From Chiloscyllium plagiosum (lineage: Eukaryota), in the NCBI RefSeq assembly GCF_004010195.1, contig NC_057752.1, positions 9,631,350-9,695,349 on the forward strand: a DNA stretch of 64,000 nt. The letters are read 5' to 3'. Positions within the stretch are counted from its first letter, which is position 1. The number at the start of each line of letters is the position of its first letter. Positions 24,691 to 38,082 of this stretch are shown here, one piece after another. The notes beneath the pieces were generated by a model. The model worked only from the letters and a program-made list of their open reading frames with translations. It was not told where the DNA came from and made no database searches. The position numbers were made by a program, and so were the translations under genes.

Positions 24691-27577
24691 TAACCAGGAA
24701 GCAGTTTTTCAGTACAGATTAATTGCATCCTCAAAGAGAACGATTTTCCCAATCTTTTAATTTCTGAGCTTCAGGCATTTGATGATAGGGTCGCTCACTG
24801 CCTTTGAAGCCACATCATCCATCGATATGGATGCTGAAAGATGCTGGAGAAAGAGGAACACCCTGAGGCAGCTACTACAACATTGAAACTGCTGCCAGGA
24901 AGGATTTCTGAGCTTGGTACACAGGAGCAGTGCGAGGAATGCCATCTCTGACAGCTAAACAGCAATGGGTTTTGGAAATCAATTCCAGAAGCTGTGTAGA
25001 GCATGCAAATCAGAAATGCCTCAGCAAAAATCTATATCTTCCTTCCACTGGAGGCAGCCTTATTCTATTAAAACATACCAGATGATCACCCACCCACCAT
25101 TGTCAAAACTGGCAAATATGTGCACTGTGAGATATTGAGACATATAGAGACATATAGACTAGGAAGGTCTCAGGGACGAGTCATGATCTATACTGAGTTA
25201 GCTGCCCTCAATCACGAGAATGATAGTGGTATCACAACTTGCCTCTGCACCAGACTGAGCACTGCAGTTACTCATTGCACCAGTGAGGTAGCCAGAGTAG
25301 GCCCGTTCTGAACCAGTGTTACAGGCGATGAGCTCTATTGCTAAAAACAGATGATCAGGAAAGGTCTGAAGTCAAAGGTACACTTGGGACTTGAACGGCC
25401 TGGCAGAGCAAAATAACGGAGTGCTTCACTGATTGACCAATTGAGAATCAGCATGTGTCGGGAAATAAAAGCAGAGAAACAACTTTATAAAAAGGGAGTG
25501 TTTTATTTTGAAATTAACTTACATACAAGTTATGGAACTCTGGAGAAAAAGGTGTGGCGCTTGGGACTTTCATCGGCATCAGTATGCGGATTGCAAGGTG
25601 GACCAGGACAGCAAGCCCAGCAGCAGAAGGACAGCCGTGCCCAGTAGTAGCACTCATCCCATCAGCTGGGATGCCAGAGGGAGACGGAGAAGCTACAGTC
25701 CAACAAAACAAGATCAGCGTGTGGACCGAAATGGAGCACTCTTGTCCTGTCATTCAGGAAAGCAATGGAACCACACAGCCGAATTCTGTCAGCTATCCCA
25801 ATAAAAGAAATCTGGGACATTCAGACCAAACAGAATCAAAGATCCAATGAATATGAACAGTTGAGAATCAAACTTCAATCACAAATGTTATGTATGCATG
25901 CAATCGTTTGCTTGAGAGTCAAAGAAGAAGTAGCTGATCTATTTGTTATCATCAGGAACATGAGCAGAAGGCAACAATAGAAGTTGTAATTCTGATGATC
26001 ACTGTGTGAGCTGTTACCAACGACCAGAAATGAAGTCAACTCTCTCGTCTGGATGAGTTGTCCCAAGTTCAATACCTCGATTGCGCTGTATTACCTGAAC
26101 TTAACCCAGGACCTAATAGGGAAGCTACCAACCAGTCTCAGCAGCCATGGAGGAGTCGAAAACATCAGCTCCTGCTTGAGTGCTGTCCAGTGAGCTCTGC
26201 TGGAACGTATAGATGGGTGTGCACTGTGAGAACGTGACTGGGCTCAGCTGTGAAGGGCCACTTGGTACAATCATCACACACAGTGTTGAGACCCAGGCGT
26301 GATGGATTGTCATTTGTGCAAGATACCAGGGGACTGGTGGTGCCCATGAGAAAACATATCTCAGCATGCATCAGCACTGATGGGAAAGCAGGAGAAAAAG
26401 AGAAAATAAACGCCTGGAGTAAAGTTTCCAAAACCTACAGGTGCGTCAGAGCAGGAGATGGATCAGCAGTTTTACATAGAGAATGAAGGAAGACAAAGGA
26501 CTGTGGGATCACCACTACTGTAGTATTCTCTTCAATTGGTCACCATGGCATTACTTTGGTAAAGAAACTGGCATCTTGACTGTAACTGTACCCTTTGGCT
26601 TTGCAACTAATATCACAGGGGGAGAAATTTCACAGAGTCAATGTGTTCATTTTAAATAAATGTCATAAAAGTAGCACAGACAGGAATTGCATGCAGTTGC
26701 TCCCCAATGGTATAAAAATTAGCGCAGAAAGGAAGTTTAGGACTTTGGATAATAATGCTTGCATTTATATAGCACCTTATCAAATCGCAACGGCTCGAAG
26801 TCTTTCACACAATGAATGATTTTCAAATGCGCGACAGTCCTTGTGCAGAACACAAGCAGATAAAAAGTTGCAGGTAGCAGTTCACAAAACTCTGGAAGGA
26901 AGCCCAGAAGAACAGGGGAGCCTTAAGTTACCTTAAGTTAATTGGTCCCCAGAATAAGAGAAACCGAATGTCAGCCACAGCCAGCAGATGAGGCATTTGA
27001 ATGCTAAGAAAGATCTGGGTACAAAAACTGACCATTCCCAATCTCACTGCAGACCTGTAATGCAGTGATTGCTCCAGTGCAGGAACAAAACCTTATTACA
27101 TTTGACCAGAAATACCTCAAAGGACCTTTGAGATTTGAGTGGCAACAGCGAGCCAATAATTATGTAGTCAGGGTAAGAAGATAGTTAAATCAATGTCCCA
27201 GATAATCAAGCCTAAGAATTTCCTGTGGTTTAATCAAACTCTTAGAATAGCAGTCAAGGCTTCCTCACAACAAAAAAGAAATACACAAGATAGACAGATT
27301 GGTTATAGAAAGAGCCACTAAAGATATTGAACATATATGTATTGAGTTGGAACAGTTACGAAAATGAGGAGGGGACCATGACATTTATAGTTGGGAATTC
27401 CAGTTGGTCCTGAAACTAACACTAGTTCGAGACAGCAATCCACGCAGTGATCAGATTTGCCCTTAACCAAGGAATGACTCTTATGCGAGTTGCTCTCAAT
27501 TGGGGCTCTCTGGACTTCTAGCAAATCTGTTACTGGCTCCTGTATTGATAGCCTTAATAAACATCAGAGAAAATTAC

Positions 27578-27638
27578 CCGTATTGCAGTGGAATGCGCAA
27601 TTCGCGTTCATCAGTTACTCTTCTACGTATGCATTCGC
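27578..27638 (-). CDS. BAZ2A: BAZ2 TAM/MBD exon 1 (GECIRRRVTDERELRIPLQYG), 61 nt, phase 1-2
   Basis: Acceptor ttttcttccccacag, donor GG|GTAATT. The peptide matches the start of the BAZ2-family TAM domain. Confidence 0.92.
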
Positions 27639-29552
27639 CTGTGGGGAAGAAAAGCAAGAGGACATTTTACTTCCACATACAAGCCTCTCTATTGCTAGCA
27701 CGTGGTGTTTATGACCCACCTTGCCAGAGTCCTAGCTATTTATGCATCACTCCAACATGCACCGCACTCACTAAATGTCACATTACAAGGTGGTGCCAAA
27801 AATTCTGAAAGGTTAATTATTTGTAAATTCCCTCCTTCTACCCCCAATTAGCATCTGTGGTATGCTGTCTGTTTTCTGTCTTGGCCTTTGGTACTTTACT
27901 ATTAATTCCCTCAGTAAGTAGTACATTAAATACACTAAATACTGACCTCCAGCAACTGGGCATGCATGCATCACATCCATCTCCCATTACTCTGCAGTTG
28001 GCCATTCAGGGGTGTGTAAGAGCAGTCCTGTGTGACTTCACAGCAGAACAATTGACACTAGGATGAAACCTGCCACCAGTTGCAGTCTGGTACATTGGTG
28101 CAATAGCAAGGCAGAGTGGCAGACTAAAAATATTTTTTTTATCTGCTATGCCACTCAGATTGCCCATTCCTAGAGCTCCACACTAGGAAGACATGAAGGT
28201 CATCTTCAAATCCACTGAAGGAATCAATGTCTTTATGTTAAAATAACTACATTAAAATGTGCTTATTAGCCATTGATAACAGGTAAGAGATACTCTAAGC
28301 GGATCTTAGCTACATATTAGATCCAAAGCCTACTTATGAGACCTTGCTGCAGAGGACGTTACCATTCTATCTACTCTCAGTAGTTCCCCATGTCCTCCCT
28401 GAGACCTGGTCAGAATGAACAGTGATCACCACATGTGGAAACCATTCAACTTGCAATGGTTGTTCTTTGGAGTAAAAATGAGATATAAGCACACAAACCT
28501 GTCGACACTTCCAAATGAAATTCCTTTAACTATTTCGACAAAGAAGGTTGCACCAAACTGGTTAATGTCTTTGTTCAAAAGGATCTCGCACCCCACATTC
28601 AATATCGCAAAAAAACAATTTCACTTTAGCTGGGTAAAATCTCTCAACTTCACGCTCTTAACTACCTCAATTCCACGAGAAGCTGAAGCTTGAAACACTT
28701 AGCGAAGTTGTTGGATTTTTCCCACTCTTGATTTCCTTGAAACAATCAATGTATGCTACTTCCTGACTGAATAAATTACCCCTGTTACTTCTCGCATACA
28801 CTTCTCCACTCTGCTAAATAAATATAAACTCCACAATATTAACCCAACGAATACAGTGACCCAGAGTCTTGACGGTAAACCTAGCCATTAAAAACCATAA
28901 GTATCTTATGAACGAGTGGTACAATTCTAGTCAAAGCCTGATGGTGTATTTGTAGGAGTCAGGATTTGCCTGGATCTTTAGGAAGTGCTAATCACTCCTT
29001 TTAAGGAGGTTTCTCCCCTTCTTCTTGGCTACTGTTGTGCCATATGTCACTCCTCGTTACTAGAGGCAAGATGTTCACTAAGGATGCTTGAGAGTTTCTC
29101 AGAATGACTCTTTCCTCCAAATCTTTCCACCATGCAAGGAAGCTCCCCTCCCTTTGCTACAATGAGAATAAGGGATTCAGCACAGAAAGTATACTAGGTG
29201 CAAATGGTTTCATTCAACTATTATGTGGTGCGGAAATATTGGAGCAGTGTAGCCACCTAGAATTTCATCAGGTAAGAAAAGGTCAATCTCAATCAACAAT
29301 TAGGGTTGTCAATGGTTCCAGGGTTGTCCTGGAGTCTCCAGGAATTGAAGACTAGTTTCCAGGACAATGCTGCGAGCATCGAGAGAACCAGGAAAACAGC
29401 CACTGGGCCACTGAAAACTTGCTTTCTTTTAGAAAAAGGTTCTTCAGGTACATTTGTTTTTTAGTTCTAACATCGTTAAATATGGTGAAAATGCTGTTTG
29501 GTTAATGGCAAAGAATCATGCAGTTAGCTAATGAAGAGAACAGTTGCTTTCC

Positions 29553-29660
29553 AATTAGATCAGATTCCCTATAGTGTGGAAACAGGCCCTTTGACCCGAC
29601 CAGGCCACACCACCCAAACCCATTTCCCTCTGACTAATACACCCAACACTATGGGCAATT
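29553..29660 (-). mobile_element. HE1-type SINE 3' fragment
   Basis: Tail sequence gattccctatagtgtggaaacaggccc, shared with the full copies. Confidence 0.65.
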
Positions 29661-30339
29661 GATATCGGGAAGCGAGGATGGACATGTTAGGCAGCCAGTG
29701 GCAGCGGGTATAGAGTGGGGTGATCGCACCCAGGCTGTCCTGTGGCAAAACCTTAAGGAATGTGTTTAGCTAGAGTTGGCAACTTTAGGGAAAGTCAGAG
29801 TGCTGCAAATTATTGCCCCCTCCCCCTAATAACTTGCTCACAATTAGGTCGAGAGTAAAAGGCTTAGGGATTTAGCAGTACTTTGCCTGCACGCTTCTTT
29901 GCCTGAGATATAACCAGGGCTCTGACAGCCCTGTGATTTCACGGCTGCAGAAAATGCCCGAGGATTTCTCTCCTCCCACTTTCTTCTAGTTGCAACTATA
30001 CTGAAACCAATGCCTGGCGGAGCAATACCAATACCTGGTGTTCGGAGTCAAAATGGCATCAAATAACTTTTGATATTCTAAACTCTCATTGATGTGGAGC
30101 TCAAGAATTTTCACTATTTCGCCACTTGTACTTCATTTACTGCCAAAGTGGGCAAGGTACAAAATACAGGACAGTTACGTAGTCCCAGTGATCCCAACTC
30201 ATTAAATGGCCGCTTTCGCAGAAGTCCAGCGAGCAGGTGAAGTGTTCAAAGTGTGACAAACACAGGGATTTTAAAAAAATGCAAATCAACGAGGATTGCA
30301 AAGAAAAGGAGAGTGAGAGATAGGAAGAGAGAAAGAAAT

Positions 30340-30790
30340 GATTTGCATTTAAATTGCGCCTTATCATGTCTCTTAGAAACTCAAGTTGCTTCACATATAA
30401 TGAATTACTTAAAGTGCAGTGACTGTTGCTTTGTCGTCAAACGCGGCAGCCATTTTTGCGCACAGTAAGCTCCCACAAACAACAGTGAAACAAATGAGCA
30501 GCTAATATTTTTTGGCGTAGCTGGTTGAAGGAGGAACATTGGCCAGGATACTGAGGAGAACTCCCCTGCTGTTCTTCCAATAGCGCTTTGGAATCTTTAA
30601 ACGATCACCAAAACAGGCAGACGGGCCTTGATTTCAGGTATCATCCGAAAGTCAACACCTCTGACAATGCAGCACTCCCTCAGTGATGTACTGGGAGAGT
30701 TAGTTTAGATTTTGGGCTCAAGTTGCTAGAGTGAAGCCTGAAACCACAACCCTTCTGCAAGAGTGCACTCAACTGAGTTACCAAATGAGC
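30340..30790 (-). mobile_element. Deu-domain SINE
   Basis: gacaatgcagcactccctcagtg...ctggga core, homologous to 15540-15935. Confidence 0.65.
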
Positions 30791-32084
30791 CATGCTGGCA
30801 CACAGATGACACCATTTAGAATTGTTACACCAGGTATTGGTTACCAGCTAAGCAGGGTGAACTGAGCAAGGTGTGAAATGCATGGGGATTATCTAACCCC
30901 CATTAATTTCAGCTCCTAATCAGCTGGCTTTGTAGCAGCCCTGAGCTCAGCCTCTTATCCTCTCTACTCTTAATGTCTAAAGTGGCAGCATTTTGCAATT
31001 TTACTTCTGGATGCAACGAACAGAGCCTCAAGATTAAATTGTCCAATTGAAGCAACGCAGCTCCTTGCTGGTTTAATGTGTGGGGTGGGGAGGAAGAGAG
31101 AGGGATGGGGCGTGGTTTGAGCTTTTGTCGCTGAGTGGAACACTGGGTAGTAACTGCAGCTGTCTATCAACGGGCTTTGAGCTCACCGGCACTTCAAACA
31201 AATGAATATTATTCAATCTTGTCACATCAAACTTTAAGATTGGGAAATAACAGCTTGAACATGCCTGAGCTCTGCACATCATATTGGAAAACACACTGTC
31301 GTAAATGCTACCACTTCAGTCAAAAAGCTAATGGCTTAGCCAGCTGCCAGTAGGCATCCTATTATTCTGTTTAGCCAGATGAGACTGGCTGGGTTTAAAG
31401 TGGCAGCTATAACTGTAAACAATTAACCAATACATGGGCTTTCAGAGGCTGAGCACAGCAAACTGCTTTTCAATCCCAAGCTTTCTATATACACACACAC
31501 ACAATAAATTACACTGCTCTCAAACAGTGGACAGACTTGCTGCTGCGTTCTCAAGCTGCACAATTTGGTTGGATTTGCCGCAGAATTGTGGGGCCCTTCA
31601 TGTATAATTTTGCCAGGAAGAGGAACTAGCTTAAAAAGCACAGCAAGGGCATCTCCCCCCGGTAGCCTCCTGTGTCAATGCACAGCTGAGCTCCACAGAC
31701 CAGAAAGGCCACTGGTCTGCGTGGGACGAGCTGATTTTAGCTAGGGCGAATGAAAGGGGTGTTATAATTGGCATCAGTGCCTCCTGGAAATGGAGGGAAA
31801 ATTTAGATGCAGAGTCAGCTCAAGACAATCTCGTACACCTCACGTAGCACTGATGACCAAAGCTCAGAAGCCAGTCACCTGCCTGCTGCACAGCACGAGG
31901 AGAGAAGCAACCCATTAGAGAGAGGGAGAAATCTCCGAAGAAGGAATGTAGCTACAAAATCAGTGCCGATTTCTGTAGCCTCTGCTCTACTCTGTTGCAA
32001 AATCATAGGTTCAGAGAGGCCTCCTTTTAACAAAAAAAAGGGTAGCATTTATATCTTGACAGAACTTGCTAAGTCATGACTCAC

Positions 32085-32336
32085 CTTTACTTGTGGCAGA
32101 GGATGATGGCGTCAGAGGTGTCAGTGGGACAGAATCCTTCTTTTCTTTCTTCACAGGGGTTTTGAAGAGTGTGGAGGATTCCAGAGAGCGGGCGCTGTTG
32201 CTTTCAGGAGCACCAGGGCCGTCAGCATCAGCATCAGACAGCGTGAGAGTTGACATGACCAGCTTCGAAAGGATTTTTACTGCTGCAGCATCAGGATCCT
32301 CACACTCATCGGTTTCACTGTCTGAGACAGTCAGAT
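32085..32336 (-). CDS. BAZ2A: BAZ2A linker exon (DLTVSDSETDECED...SSSATSK), 252 nt, phase 1-1
   Basis: Acceptor ttttgtacag, strong donor AG|GTGAGT, open acidic/Ser-rich frame. Confidence 0.78.
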
Positions 32337-34117
32337 CTGTACAAAATTTAAAAAAAGGAGCACCATTACATTTGGCATAAACAGCTTTTCACAGATGCAC
32401 AAGCCGATATCTCAAAGGGCATCAATACCATTTTTGCTCCAAAATAGAAAAATGAGTAACATTTGCTCAAGTTTTACCTACCTCCCCACCCCACGTCACC
32501 ACCCCCCTGCCCCAACCAGTAAAACAAGTGCTGACTCACAACTTGACAAAGACAAGGATTGGTTCAAGTTCAAATTTAATCTTGTAGCCTAAAGAATAAG
32601 TAGGTGTCTCCAAGCCAAAATACCTCCCTGGGCACTCTTTCCTTCAAAAGGATTTGTGAATATTCTTTGTTGCTGAATAATTAATCCAATTTGATATCCA
32701 ATATTACTAATACTGGGTGCTTTGTAATAGCAGCTGTGGTCACCATTTGGGAACCGATGTTTGTGGGTCATATTTTTCCTTCCGTTCTACTGGCTTTCAC
32801 CATCTCAATCTTATTTTGGCTGTTGACGAGGCAGGCAATACGGCGAAGAAGCTACAGTTGTACAAAGCCTTAATGTAGTAAAACCTTCCAGCCAAGGCAC
32901 TTTGCAAGAGCAAATTTAAGAGGGAGGCGTTCCATTTCTGAGCTCTTAATGGAAGGATATGACAAGAAATTGAGGAATCCAGCCCATGGTTATTTTGTCC
33001 TTTAATTTTCTCTTCTTTCATCACTCTAGCTGCTTTTCTCTATTTGCTGTTGAGAGGGTGGTGATGAGCTGCCTTCTTGAAGTGCTGAAGCCCATGTCCT
33101 ACTGGCTACTGCCTTCAGCTTCCATGTTGGAAGATACACTGAGTACACTTCAGTGGGGAACTTTAACACCCATCACCAAGAGTGGCTCAGTGGCATCACT
33201 ACTGCCTCAGCTGGCTTAGTCCTAAAGAACATAACAACTAGACTGCACCTGGGAGATGGTGAGGGAACCAACAGGAGGGAAAACCCAATTTGACATCCTC
33301 CTCACTCATCTACCTGTGGCAGATGCATTTGTCCAACACTATACTGGTAGGAGTGACCACTGCACAGTCCTGTGGTGACAAAACCCCAACGGAACACTTT
33401 CAATGTGTCGTGTGTTTAATAGGATAATATTCAGAAAAGATATAACAACTCAAGGCTGAGCATCTACGAGGTGCTGTGGGCCACCGACAGCAGAAATGTA
33501 TTCAACTGCAATCTGTAACCTCGTGGTCTGGCATTTTTCCCCGCTCTAGCGTTATCAAGTTAGGGGATCAGTTCTGATTCAATGAAGAATGCAGAAGATC
33601 ATGCCAGGAGCAGCACCAGGTACATGCTGGACCACAGAAGCAACATGAGACAGACATAAAGAAGCGATCCTAAAACAGTGGATCAGATCTAAGCTCTGCG
33701 GTTCTGCCACATGCAGTCCTTCATGGTGGTGGACAGTTAAACAACTCACTGGAGGAGGCCGCTCGAACATTTCCATCCTCGACAATGAGGGAGCTCAGCA
33801 CGTTAGTACAAAAGACAATGCTGAAGCATTTGCAAACCATCTTTAGCCAGACGTGACAAATGGATGATCCATTTCAGTCACTTCGTGAAGTTCTCAGTGT
33901 CTCAGGTGCCAGTCTTTAACCAATTTGATTCACTCCATGTGATATCAAAGAACAGCTGAAGGGACTGAATACTGCAAAGTCTATGGACCGTGACAGATTT
34001 CCAGACTTGTGCTCCAGGACTAGAAACAAGGCTAAAAAAGTTGAGAGACAGCTCAGAATAAGACAGAAGGCTGTGAATTTGCAAAGAAACATTTGTTATA
34101 TGCATTTGTTCGTTCAT

Positions 34118-34440
34118 TTTAGATTAGATTAGATTCCCTACAGTGTGGAAACAGGTCCTTCAGCCCAACCAGTCCACACTGACCCTCCGAAGAGTAACCC
34201 ACCCAGACCCACTTCCCTCTGACTAATGCATCTAACACTCTGGGCAATTTAGCATGGCCAATTCACCTGAGCTGCACATCTTTGGACTGTGGGAGGAAAC
34301 CGGAGCACCCGGAGGAAACCCACGCAGACACGGGGAGAATGTGCAAACTCCACACAGACAGTCGTCGAAGCCTGGAATCGAACCTGGGACCCTGGTGCTG
34401 TAAGGCAGCAGTGCTAAACACTGAGCCACCATGCCACCCC
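34118..34440 (-). mobile_element. HE1-type V-SINE
   Basis: Full length, highly similar to 6461-6776. Confidence 0.88.
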
Positions 34441-35224
34441 TTTTGTGGAGTTACGTTTTGACCAGAGCAGGGAAAAACAATGACCCCGGTACTTGAACTT
34501 GGAAAAAAAAGCAGAACAAATCCAACCCATTCAACACCACCACACAAGACTGCTCACAATCATCATCAAAGTGATGGAAGTTGTTGTCAATTGTGCTACC
34601 AAGAAACACTTCAACAATAATCTACTCATCAAACATACCAGTTTGGATTTGCCAAGCTGATGGGTTCCCAAGATCATTACAGTCTTGATCCAAACACGGA
34701 CAGAAGAGCTGAATTCCAGAGGTGAGGGGAGACTGCCTATCCTTGACATCAAGACAGCATTTGACAAAGTGTGGCAGGAAAAAGCTCTTGCAAAACTGGA
34801 GTCCATGGAAATCTGGGGGAAATTTCGCCACTGGTTGGAATCCTATCCAGAACAACAAAAAATGTTTGTGCATGTTGAAGGTCAAAGATTTCAGCCCAGG
34901 AGATCTCTGCAGGAGTTCCTCAGGGGAGTGTGCGAAGCCCGACAATCTTCAGCTGCTTCACCACTGACCTTTCCAGTCAGAAATGGGGATGTTCACCGAT
35001 GACTGCACAATATTCAGCACCATTTGCGACTCCTCAGATACTGGAGCAGTAATATCCAGGCTTGGCTGACAAATGGCAAGTTACATTCACACCACACAAG
35101 AGTCAAGTAATAACTATTTCCAGTAAGAGAGAATGTGACTGTTTATACCACTGCTGAATCCCCTACCATCCTGTCATTACCATTGACCAAAACCTGAACT
35201 GGACTGAACTGTATACATACAAGA

Positions 35225-35417
35225 GTCGAGAGAGTGGTGCTGGAAAAGCACAGCTGGTCAGGCAGCATCCAAGGAGCAGGAGAATCCATGTTTTGGGCAA
35301 AAGCCCTTCATCAGGAATGTCGATTCTCCTGCTCCTCGGATGCTGCCTGACCTGCTGTGCTTTTCCAGCACCACACGCTCTACTCTAATCTCCAGCATCT
35401 GCACTCCTCACTTTCGC
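35225..35417. mobile_element. Short Penelope terminal-repeat insertion forming a long inverted repeat
   Basis: 16-bp TSD CTGTATA(C/A)ATACAAGA at 35209-35224 and 35418-35433; inverted arms of about 55 bp. Confidence 0.8.
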
Positions 35418-35813
35418 CTGTATAAATACAAGACCAGGTCAGAATATAGGAATTCTATGATGAGTAATTCATCTCCTGACTTCCCAAAGCCTGTCCACCA
35501 TCTATATGATGCATCAGGAGTGTAATGGAATACTCCCTACTTGCCTGGATGGGTGCAGCTCCAACAACACTCAAGAAGCTCAACAACATCTAGAGGTAAG
35601 CAAGCTGCTTGGTTGACATCCCATCCACCAGCTTAACATTCACTCCCCACACCTAGAAGGACAAGGGCAGCAGAGACATGGCAACAGTACCCCCTGTGAG
35701 TACCCCTCCAAGCCACCCACCATCCTGACTTGAAAATATACTGCCGTTCCGTCATGTCACTGGGTCAAAATCCTGGAATTCTTTCCCTAACAGCATTGTG
35801 GGTCTACCTACAC

Positions 35814-36019
35814 CAAGCACCTTCCTAACCCTCCCCCCAGCCCCAGCCCCACCCCCCTATTTATCGCCCAGCTCCCTTGCCCCACCCCCACATTCCTGAT
35901 GAAGGGCTTATGCCCAAAACAGCGATTCTCCTGCTCCCTGGATGCTGCCTGAACTGCTGTGCTTTTCCAGCGCCACATTTTTCCACTCTGATCTCCAGCA
36001 TCTGCAGTCCTCACTTTCT
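35814..36019 (+). mobile_element. Short Penelope terminal-repeat insertion
   Basis: 11-bp TSD TCTACCTACAC at 35803-35813 and 36020-36030; decayed hammerhead attcctgatgaagggcttatgcccaaaa. Confidence 0.8.
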
Positions 36020-36039
36020 TCTACCTACACTGTATGGAT

Positions 36040-36427
36040 CTGGATGTAGGTTTGCTCGCTGAGCTGGAAGGTTCATTTTTAGATGTTTCGTCACCATACT
36101 AGGTAACATCTTCAGTGAGCCTCTGAATGAAGCATGACAGTCCAACCGGAATCCATCAACAAACAGATTGACTTGGATCCCTTTCACCACCCCCTGAGAA
36201 AAAGCACAGGAAATGACGTCACCACAGGAAATGACATCGCCAACCCGAGGAAACTCAAACATATAAATAGAAAGCAAGCTACACCACCAGTGCTTCATTC
36301 GGAGGCTCACTAAAGATGTTACCTAGTATGGTGACGAAACATCTGAAAAACGAACCTTCCAGCTCAGCGAGCAAACATACATCCAAAACCTCAACCTGAG
36401 CTACAAATCTTCTCAAAACTTGCTAAT
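36040..36427 (+). mobile_element. Penelope-like 3' fragment with inverted terminal repeat (related to the element at 1-722)
   Basis: 9-bp TSD TGTATGGAT at 36031-36039 and 36428-36436. About 36041-36134 is inverted against about 36291-36385. The end gagctacaaatcttc is shared with 703-717. Confidence 0.8.
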
Positions 36428-36530
36428 TGTATGGATTGCAGTGGATCGAGAAAGCAGCTCACCACCACCTCCTCCAGGACATTCAGGATGACCAAAAAAT
36501 GCTGGGCTCACCGACACTGGCACGGTGGCA

Positions 36531-36840
36531 AGGGCGGCACGGTGGCACAGTGGTTAGCACTGCTGCCGCACAGTGCCAGAGACCCAGGTTCAATTCTCGC
36601 CTCAGGCAATTGTCTGTGTGGAGTTTGCACATTCTCCCCGTGTCTGTGTGGGTTTCCTCTGGGTGCTCCGGTTTCCTCCCACAGCCCAAAGATGTGCAGG
36701 TTAGGTAAATTGGCCATGTTAAATTGCCCATAGTGTTAGGTAAGGGGTAAATGTAGGGGAATGGGTCTGGATGGGTTGCTCTTTGGAGGGTCGGTTGGGC
36801 CGAAGCACCTGTTTCCACACTGTAAGTAATCTAATCTAAA
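36531..36840 (+). mobile_element. HE1-type V-SINE
   Basis: GGGCGGCACGGTGGCACAGTGGTTAGC head, GGTTCAATTC B-box, core, TAATCTAATCTAA tail. Confidence 0.9.
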
Positions 36841-36876
36841 AAAAAACTCAAGAATTTTAAAAGGGAATCAGATTAC

Positions 36877-37086
36877 CTTTTCTTGGTGATGATGAACGTG
36901 GAGTCATCAGGAGGGAGGCTGAGGTCTGAGTTTCATTAAATGAAGATTTGAAAAGATTCAAACTTTCTAGAGAAGGAGCAAGTGTGGAGTCAGAGAGGGA
37001 GAAGGTGGAGACATCCTGCTTCAGCGACATTTTCACCTCTGCATCATGGCAGTCATTCAATTCATTATCTGACTCACCAGAGAGCC
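36877..37086 (-). CDS. BAZ2A: BAZ2A Ser-rich linker exon (GLSGESDNELND...SSSPRK), 210 nt, phase 1-1
   Basis: Acceptor ctaattctgcag with a branch-like ctaat, donor G|GTAATC, open frame. Confidence 0.72.
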
Positions 37087-38082
37087 CTGCAGAATTAGTG
37101 AATAAAGGAAATTATCATACAGTGAGCAAGTTAAGAAACCTCCACCACATTTAGACCAAGACATGACATCTTCAGATAGTCCAGGTAAGAGTCGACACTA
37201 CATTTTTTCAAGACATTCTTACATATTTTTAATTCACTAGTCGTGGAGCAGCATAGTCAGATGGCTGAGAACTAATCTCACATTCAGGGAAGGCATGAGA
37301 GATCAAGATAGGGCAAACAAATTCAGCATTCTCCTTTACCGTACCTCCATCCCCACTGCCAAACTACACCTAAAACGTTCTCATCCACTCCACAATTCCT
37401 TTTATTCCCTCCCTCTCTTCACCCTTCCTCTCCTGAATAGATTCCAGGAGTGTTGGTCGCACTGTCATCTCCTATCTAAGTGTCCTTTCTTCATGTACGA
37501 GTCTAGATCGAGACTATTTGATGTGGGAGCCATGACAGGTGAGCCTATCCTGTACTTGATATTTACCCATAGGTACTTTATATCAGCGAGATATGGAGGT
37601 GGAGAAGCATTGGGTAGTGATAAGGAACAGAAATCCACACTTCTAGCCCAAGAGCCCTGGATCCTAATTGTAGTGTTCTACCCAAGACTGGCTAAGGAAA
37701 TGAGATGAACCAAGACATTTCTAATCCTCATGGTCTGTATGGATCAGTAACACAGCGAACCACTGAAGTTGTTCTATTTACCATCTCTCAATGGCAACTG
37801 TGTGGTATGACAGAGAACAGAACAGGTTCACTACTAGGATTCTTCTCATGTAAGCTCACAATCCTTGACTATCGGTGGCGAAAGGCTCTGATGTTATGCT
37901 ACGTTGTGGGATGTTTACACCAATGCACACCTAACTGTCCAAACTAAGCAGGATGGAAATGCAATATTCTGGGTAAAATCACCATGGAAAAATGTACAGC
38001 AGTCAATGAGAATGAAGGAGGCACTGTGCTTTTCAGGAATTTCCAATTCGTTCTCATTAGAGTCATTGCCTTCAGACAATGG

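Larger units (their letters stand above)
33230..35800 (+). mobile_element. Old degenerate non-LTR LINE (CR1/L2-group), interrupted by SINE and Penelope insertions
   Basis: ORF 34685..35002 LDIKTAFDKVW...L..KL....I.G....WL.SY is an RT motif. The 3' region resembles dispersed tails at about 17510-17750 and 42710-42890. Confidence 0.7.

Noticed and set aside
24348..24722. Repetitive Ser/Thr-rich and hydrophobic ORFs on both strands
   Set aside because: By-products of the 27/30-bp minisatellite; no splice signals or homology.
36531..36605. tRNA-like sequence with A and B boxes
   Set aside because: It is the head of an HE1 SINE, not a tRNA gene; the same applies to the other copies.
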